DNA of 64,000 nucleotides from an uncultured Actinomycetota bacterium (GTDB lineage Bacteria; Actinomycetota; Actinomycetes; Propionibacteriales; Nocardioidaceae): NCBI GenBank assembly GCA_963814245.1, contig CAWFBY010000009.1, positions 13,636 to 77,635 of the forward strand, read 5' to 3'. Shown piece by piece: positions 58,725 to 64,000 of this stretch (position 1 is its first letter; each line of letters starts with the position of its first letter). The notes under the pieces were generated by a model. It saw only the letters and a program-made list of their open reading frames with translations, ran no database searches and was not told where the DNA came from. The position numbers and the translations under genes were made by a program.

Positions 58725-59893
58725 CGCTGCTGCGACTCCCCAACGAGGAGGATTTCGCGAGCCGGCTGAGAAGCCCGCGGGTCTCGGCTCGCATCGGGGT
58801 GTGGCTGGGTATTGCGTTCGGGATCGCGTTTGTGACGGGGCTGATCAGTCATTGGGCGCAGTTGCCCAACCCGTCGGTGCCGTTGCCCACCCGCCCGGTC
58901 TGGGCCTACCGGGTGACCCAAGGCCTGCACGTAATCTCGGGGACCGCCGCCGTACCCCTGCTGCTGGTCAAGTTGTGGACTGTCTATCCCAAACTGTTCG
59001 CCCGGGTGCCGAAGCGGGCGAACCGGCAACTTGTGGCGCATCTGCTCGAGCGCGGCTCGATCGCGATCTTGGTGTCGGCCGCCATCTTCCAGTTGGCCAC
59101 CGGGCTGGCCAATTCGGCTCAGTGGTATCCCTGGGACTTCCGTTTCCGGGCTACGCACTTTGCCCTCGGTTGGGTGGCTATCGGCGCCATGGTGCTGCAC
59201 ATCGCGGTCAAGTTGCCGGTCATCCGTGAGGCGCTCGGGGGACCGATTGATGCCGAATCTGAGCAGCAGGTGCCTCCGGAGGCTGACACGACTGCGAGCG
59301 GGCTCTCACGGCGTGGACTCGTCCGCACCTCGCTCGCAGCAGCCGGTGTGGCGGTGCTGGCCACGGGGGGCAGCACCATCCCCGCGCTGCGACGGATCTC
59401 GGTCCTGGGCGTGCGTTCGGGGGAGGGACCGGGCGGGATCCCGATCAACAAGACCGCCCGAGCTGCGGGCGTCACCGCGACGGCGTTGGCGCGGGACTTT
59501 CACCTGGTGGTGGCGTACGCCGACCGCGAGGTCGCGTTGTCCCGGGCCGACCTGGAGGCCCTGCCGCGCCGGGAAGCCGAACTGCCGATCGCCTGTGTCG
59601 AGGGCTGGAGTGCGTCGGGATTGTGGGGTGGCGTCTCGCTCCGGGAGGTGCTCGACCTGGTGGCGGCACCCCAGGGCAGCGCCGTGGGGGTGGAGTCGCT
59701 GCAGGAGCACGGCGCCTTTCGCGCCACCACGCTGCCGGGCAACTTCGCCGACGACCCGCTGACGATGCTGGCGTTGGACCTCGATGGCGAGCCGCTGGCC
59801 CTCGATCACGGCTACCCGGTGCGGCTGATCGCTCCGAATCGGCCTGGGGTGTTGCAGACCAAGTGGGTCTCGCGGATCGAGGTGGCGCAGTGA
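58721..59893 (+). CDS. Molybdopterin-dependent oxidoreductase, sulfite oxidase family (MsrP-like), fused to a 4-TM His-containing membrane domain
   Basis: Four TM helices with conserved-looking His residues, internal twin-arginine motif SRRGLV plus hydrophobic stretch, Mo-ligand motif IACVEGWS, LDHGYPVRLIAPNRPG..QTKWV. Confidence 0.9.
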   Translation: MTLLRLPNEEDFASRLRSPRVSARIGVWLGIAFGIAFVTGLISHWAQLPNPSVPLPTRPVWAYRVTQGLHVISGTAAVPLLLVKLWTVYPKLFARVPKRANRQLVAHLLERGSIAILVSAAIFQLATGLANSAQWYPWDFRFRATHFALGWVAIGAMVLHIAVKLPVIREALGGPIDAESEQQVPPEADTTASGLSRRGLVRTSLAAAGVAVLATGGSTIPALRRISVLGVRSGEGPGGIPINKTARAAGVTATALARDFHLVVAYADREVALSRADLEALPRREAELPIACVEGWSASGLWGGVSLREVLDLVAAPQGSAVGVESLQEHGAFRATTLPGNFADDPLTMLALDLDGEPLALDHGYPVRLIAPNRPGVLQTKWVSRIEVAQ

Positions 59894-60315
59894 TTCGGCC
59901 GCTCGTGGGTGCCATCGGGGCGACCGGGGTGGCGTACGGCGGCTGGCGGCTGTGGGAACTGGGGTGGGAGAACCTGCGCCACACGGTGGTGTGGCTCGCC
60001 GGTGGGGTGGTGCTCCACGACGCGCTCGTTGTGCCGCTCGTGCTCGGGCTCTGGGTGGTGCTGCGGCGAGGGCTGCCGGGGGCGTGGCGTGCTCGGCTCG
60101 CGGCGACGTTGATCATCCTCGGAACGGTGACGCTAGGTGCGGTCCCGGTTCTGCTGCGGCTCGGAGCGCGCGCCGACAATACGACGCTGCTCGATCGCGA
60201 CTATGGCATCGGCTGGCTGATCTTGGCCGCAGCGGTGACCGCGGGGGTGCTGCTCGCCCACGTCGTCGGTGACCGGATGGCGAGCCGTCGCCGGAGTGCG
60301 CGCGACACGCCGTAG
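59890..60315 (+). CDS. Small 4-TM membrane protein
   Basis: GVAYGGWRLW, WLAGGVVLHDALVVPL, ADNTTLLDRDY; GTGA overlap with the molybdoenzyme gene. Confidence 0.8.
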   Translation: MIRPLVGAIGATGVAYGGWRLWELGWENLRHTVVWLAGGVVLHDALVVPLVLGLWVVLRRGLPGAWRARLAATLIILGTVTLGAVPVLLRLGARADNTTLLDRDYGIGWLILAAAVTAGVLLAHVVGDRMASRRRSARDTP

Positions 60316-60328
60316 TCAATGGGCGTGC

Positions 60329-60344
60329 TCGAACACCTGTTCGG
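60329..60344. promoter_or_regulatory. LexA (SOS) box upstream of recA
   Basis: TCGAAC-ACCT-GTTCGG against the actinobacterial consensus TCGAAC-N4-GTTCGA; a -10-like TAGATT follows at 60347. Confidence 0.85.
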
Positions 60345-60413
60345 TCTAGATTGTGTCCACAGGTGACACGCTTGGTCGACGTACTCCACAGATCCTGCCT
60401 TGAGGATCGGCAC

Positions 60414-60435
60414 TGTCGGTGGCCCGGTCTAGCGT
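60414..60435 (+). promoter_or_regulatory. RecA-NDp (PafBC-type) promoter of recA
   Basis: TGTCGG-tggcccggtc-TAGCGT is an exact match to TGTCGG-N10-TA-N3-T. Confidence 0.8.
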
Positions 60436-60512
60436 CCAACCCGAAGTCGAAAGCGACAACGAGACCTTGAGTCGGGACACACAGGTGACCCGGCCAGATT
60501 GGACGGAGAATC

Positions 60513-61562
60513 ATGGCTGCAGGAGACCGCGACAAGGCCCTCGACGCCGCGCTCGCCAACATTGAAAAGTCCTTTGGCAAGGGGTCGGTCATGCGCTTGG
60601 GAGACGAGGTTCGAGCGCCGCTCGAAGTCATCCCGACCGGATCGATCGCCCTCGACGTGGCCCTCGGCCTCGGCGGGCTGCCGCGAGGACGCGTAGTGGA
60701 GATCTATGGCCCCGAGTCCTCGGGCAAGACGACCGTGGCACTGCACGCTGTGGCCAATGCCCAGCGAGCCGGCGGCATCGTGGCCTTCATCGATGCCGAG
60801 CACGCGCTCGACCCCGAATACGCCGCCAACCTCGGCGTGGACACCGACGCCTTGTTGGTCTCGCAGCCCGACTCCGGGGAGCAGGCTCTCGAGATCGCCG
60901 ACATGTTGACCCGCTCGGGAGCCCTCGACCTGATCGTGATCGACTCGGTGGCTGCCTTGGTGCCGCGCGCCGAAATCGAAGGCGAGATGGGCGACAGCCA
61001 CGTCGGCCTGCAAGCGCGGCTGATGAGTCAGGCGCTGCGCAAGATGACCGGGGCGTTGAGTGGGGCCGGCACGACGGCCATCTTCATCAACCAGTTGCGC
61101 GAGAAGATCGGGGTGATGTTCGGGTCTCCCGAAACCACCACCGGTGGTCGGGCCTTGAAGTTCTATTCGTCGGTGCGCCTCGATGTGCGTCGGATCGAGA
61201 CCCTCAAGGACGGCCAGGAAGCGGTCGGCAACCGGACCCGAGTCAAGGTCGTCAAAAACAAGGTGGCCCCGCCGTTCAAGCAGGCCGAGTTCGACATCAT
61301 GTACGGCAAGGGCATCAGCCGCGAAGGCGGCCTGATCGACGTCGGGGTCGACGCCGGGCTGGTCCGCAAAGCCGGCGCTTGGTACACCTACGAAGGCGAT
61401 CAGCTCGGCCAGGGCAAGGAAAACGCCCGAGCCTTCCTTCGCGACAACCCCGACCTTGCCAACGAGTTGGAAAAGCGGATCCTCGAACAACTCGGCGTTG
61501 GTCCCCAGGTTGACCAAGCTCCCGAGGTAGCCGCAGCCCCCATCGGTGTCGATGACTTCTGA
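60513..61562 (+). CDS. recA: Recombinase A
   Basis: [44 protein letters not shown]; no intein. Confidence 0.99.
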   Translation: MAAGDRDKALDAALANIEKSFGKGSVMRLGDEVRAPLEVIPTGSIALDVALGLGGLPRGRVVEIYGPESSGKTTVALHAVANAQRAGGIVAFIDAEHALDPEYAANLGVDTDALLVSQPDSGEQALEIADMLTRSGALDLIVIDSVAALVPRAEIEGEMGDSHVGLQARLMSQALRKMTGALSGAGTTAIFINQLREKIGVMFGSPETTTGGRALKFYSSVRLDVRRIETLKDGQEAVGNRTRVKVVKNKVAPPFKQAEFDIMYGKGISREGGLIDVGVDAGLVRKAGAWYTYEGDQLGQGKENARAFLRDNPDLANELEKRILEQLGVGPQVDQAPEVAAAPIGVDDF

Positions 61563-62169
61563 GGTCGCAGACGTCCCTCCGCCGCTATGGGTCGATGACT
61601 CCTGGCGGGGGGACGTGACCGTCGGCGTCCAGGCATGGGTGGGCGCCGCTGAGGGCGCCGTCGACGCAGCTGAGGCGGTGCCGCGGAGTCTGGATCCGGA
61701 CGCCGACCCGGAGTCCGTGGCGCGCAAGATCCTGCTGGATCAGCTGACCGGGCAGGCCCGGACCCGCTTTGAGTTGCGGGCCAAACTCGCCCTGAAGAAC
61801 GTCCCCGACGAGATTGCCGAGAAACTCCTCGACCGGTTCGAAGAGGTCGGCCTGATCGACGACGCCGCCTTCGCTCGGGCCTGGGTCGAAAGCCGGTCCC
61901 GAGCAAAGGGATTGGCGCCGCGCGCCCTGGCCGACGAATTGCGTCGCAAAGGTGTGGCTCGTGAGGCGGCCCAGGAGGCGCTTGCGCTCGTGGATCCCGT
62001 GTCGCAGCGGACGCGGGCACGCGAACTTGTGGACAAGAAGTTGCGTTCGCTGAAGGGCGTCGATGACGTGACCGCCACCCGAAGGTTGGTCGGCCTGTTG
62101 GCCCGCAAAGGTTATTCCTCGTCGCTGGCGTTTGTCGTGGTGCGTGAAGCGTTGGAGCAGCAGCCTTAA
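61546..62169 (+). CDS. recX: Regulatory protein RecX
   Basis: ARTRFEL...[15 protein letters not shown]...[10 protein letters not shown]...LLARKGY; overlaps the recA end (alternative ATG at 61552). Confidence 0.92.
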   Translation: MSMTSEVADVPPPLWVDDSWRGDVTVGVQAWVGAAEGAVDAAEAVPRSLDPDADPESVARKILLDQLTGQARTRFELRAKLALKNVPDEIAEKLLDRFEEVGLIDDAAFARAWVESRSRAKGLAPRALADELRRKGVAREAAQEALALVDPVSQRTRARELVDKKLRSLKGVDDVTATRRLVGLLARKGYSSSLAFVVVREALEQQP

Positions 62170-62179
62170 GGTGTCCTCC

Positions 62180-63022
62180 ATGATGAGTGACCACCTGCGT
62201 CTGGCCCCCGGGGCCGTGGATCTGCAGACCATCGAGACCGATGCGGCGCCCGGCTTCTCGGGCAGCAAGACCGACGGCGAGCGAGCGCTGATCGAGCTGG
62301 GTCCGGAGTTGTCGGGCCTGCAGGAGCGGCTGTTCGCCGAACGCACCACCGGTTCGACCCGCAACGTGCTGTTGGTGCTGCAAGGCATGGACACCTCCGG
62401 GAAGGGCGGCGTCCTGCGCCACACCGTGGGGCTGGTCGATCCGCAGGGAGTTCGGATCACCTCGTTCAAGGCGCCGTCCGACGAGGAAAAGGCACACGAC
62501 TTCCTGTGGCGCATCACCAAGGCGCTGCCCCAAGCCGGCCAGATCGGCGTCTTCGACCGCTCCCACTACGAAGACGTCCTCATCGTTCGGGTCCACCAAT
62601 GGGCGCCCGCCGAGGAGATCGAGCGTCGCTATGCGGCGATCAACGAGTTTGAGGCCGCGCTCATCGCCGGTGGCACCACCATCGTCAAGGCGATGCTGCA
62701 CATCTCCGCAGACGAGCAGCGCGAGCGCCTGCTCGCTCGGCTGGATGACCCCACCAAGCACTGGAAGTTCAATCCGGGTGACCTCGACGAACGCTCCCTG
62801 TGGCCCTCCTATCGCGACTCCTATGAGGTGGCCTTGGAGCGCACCAATACCGATCTCGCGCCCTGGCACGTGATCCCCAGCGACAAGAAGTGGTTCCGCA
62901 ACCTGGCCATCGGCGAGCTGCTTCGCGACTCGTTGCGGGCAATGAACCCCCAGTGGCCGGTCGCCGACTTTGATGTCGCCGAGCAGCAAAAGCGTTTGCG
63001 CGAGGAAACCCCGCTCGCGTGA
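62180..63022 (+). CDS. ppk2: Polyphosphate kinase 2 family protein
   Basis: LQGMDTSGKGG, SFKAPS, HDFLWR, FDRSHYED, APWHVIPSDKKW. Confidence 0.93.
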   Translation: MMSDHLRLAPGAVDLQTIETDAAPGFSGSKTDGERALIELGPELSGLQERLFAERTTGSTRNVLLVLQGMDTSGKGGVLRHTVGLVDPQGVRITSFKAPSDEEKAHDFLWRITKALPQAGQIGVFDRSHYEDVLIVRVHQWAPAEEIERRYAAINEFEAALIAGGTTIVKAMLHISADEQRERLLARLDDPTKHWKFNPGDLDERSLWPSYRDSYEVALERTNTDLAPWHVIPSDKKWFRNLAIGELLRDSLRAMNPQWPVADFDVAEQQKRLREETPLA

Positions 63023-63783
63023 TCCCCACCGTTGCGGTCACCCGTTATGTGACGCCTCTGCGTGAAGGCGGATCACTGCCCGGCCTGGTCGAGGCCGAGG
63101 ACCTGGGCACCTACGTCTGCAAGTTCCACGGCGCGGGGCAAGGGGTGCGGGTGCTCGTGGCAGAGATCATCGTGGCTCACCTCGCCGCACGCATCTCGGT
63201 GCCTACCCCGCGGCTGGTGGGGCTGGAGTTGGACCCCCAGATCGCCCGCTACGAAGCAGACGAAGAGGTCCAGGACCTCCTCAACGCCAGCGTGGGCCTC
63301 AACCTCGGCGTGGACTTCCTTCCCGGCGCGTTTGGCTTCGACCACGAGGCCAGCATCGAGCCCGAACCGGCCGCCCGGATCCTGTGGTTGGATGCCTTCA
63401 CCGCCAACGTGGACCGCAGTTGGCGCAACCCCAATTTGCTGGTGTGGCATGGCCAGGTGTGGGCCATCGACCACGGAGCCAGCCTCTACTTCCACCACGC
63501 CTGGGACGCCGGCGTGGGCGACCCGGAGCGGTTTGCGGAGCAGCCGTGGAACGCCTCCGATCACGTGTTGCGCGATCAGGTGCAGCACCTCGGAGACGTC
63601 GATGCTCAGCTGCGTGCCCTGGTGGACCGCGACGCCATCACCGAAGCCATCGCGCAGGTTCCCGAGGCTTGGTTGCGTGCCGTGCCGAGGGCCCAGAGTG
63701 CCGAGGCCCTGCGTGACGCGTACGCCGGCTTCCTGCTGGCTCGGCTGCGCACTCGCTCCTGGCTTCCCGAGGTGGCCCGATGA
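63019..63783 (+). CDS. HipA-like (PI3/4-kinase fold) protein kinase
   Basis: Gly loop REGGSLP, YVCKF lysine, LVAE, catalytic NVDRSWRNPN, metal-binding IDHG. Confidence 0.85.
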   Translation: MIPTVAVTRYVTPLREGGSLPGLVEAEDLGTYVCKFHGAGQGVRVLVAEIIVAHLAARISVPTPRLVGLELDPQIARYEADEEVQDLLNASVGLNLGVDFLPGAFGFDHEASIEPEPAARILWLDAFTANVDRSWRNPNLLVWHGQVWAIDHGASLYFHHAWDAGVGDPERFAEQPWNASDHVLRDQVQHLGDVDAQLRALVDRDAITEAIAQVPEAWLRAVPRAQSAEALRDAYAGFLLARLRTRSWLPEVAR

Positions 63784-64000
63784 AGCGACTGCCCTACCAA
63801 TACGTCGTCCTGCGGTGCGTCCCGCGCGCGGATCGGGAGGAGTTCCTCAACGTCGGGGTCGTGCTCTATTGCGAAGAGTCGGGCTTCCTCCATCTGGGCT
63901 CACGACTCGACCAGGACCGACTCTTGGCGCTGGACCCGACGCTCGACCTCGCCCAAGTGGCCTCGGCCCTGGAATTCGTCAACCGAGTGTGCGAGGGCGA
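63780..64000 (+). CDS. DUF3037 domain protein, 5' part (runs off the window end)
   Basis: MKRLPYQYVVLRCVPRADREEFLNVGVVLYC; ATGA overlap with the kinase gene. Confidence 0.85.
   Translation, partial: MKRLPYQYVVLRCVPRADREEFLNVGVVLYCEESGFLHLGSRLDQDRLLALDPTLDLAQVASALEFVNRVCEG

Noticed and set aside
60352-60360. DnaA box upstream of recA (GTGTCCACA)
   Set aside because: One mismatch and a single copy; likely chance in this sequence context.

Overview
A 64 kb chromosomal segment of a high-GC actinobacterium; gene order and protein motifs suggest a Nocardioides-like organism. The conserved backbone runs glnA (5' end) - lipA/lipB - dlaT/sucB - lpdA - pepA - gcvT - thyA/folA - dapA - rnj - ftsK - rimO - pgsA - cinA - ClgR-like HTH - nei - lhr - recA - recX. 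Three accessory blocks interrupt it. (1) 20.8-29.2 kb: a split membrane hydrolase, a lysoplasmalogenase, a deleted cydD/cydC relic, a BlaI/M56 pair and a large secreted M4 protease. (2) 35.7-42.3 kb: two paralogous lamin-tail-domain secreted proteins, one a 1761 aa nuclease/5'-nucleotidase fusion. (3) 52-60.3 kb: MTA phosphorylase, NDP-sugar epimerase, GT-C, GT2 and DUF2064 genes matching the mycobacterial methylthioxylose (MTX) pathway, extended by a methyltransferase and a membrane-fused, Tat-exported MsrP-like molybdoenzyme. The lead hypothesis is a renewable cell-surface thioether-sugar antioxidant: make MTX, attach it to the envelope, and re-reduce its sulfoxide. The window ends in a ppk2 - HipA-like kinase - DUF3037 operon. 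Several genes between 3.4 and 9 kb are frameshifted, most likely through sequencing error. I recognised no rRNA, tRNA, CRISPR array or transposase. All calls come from reading motifs by eye; no database searches were run.
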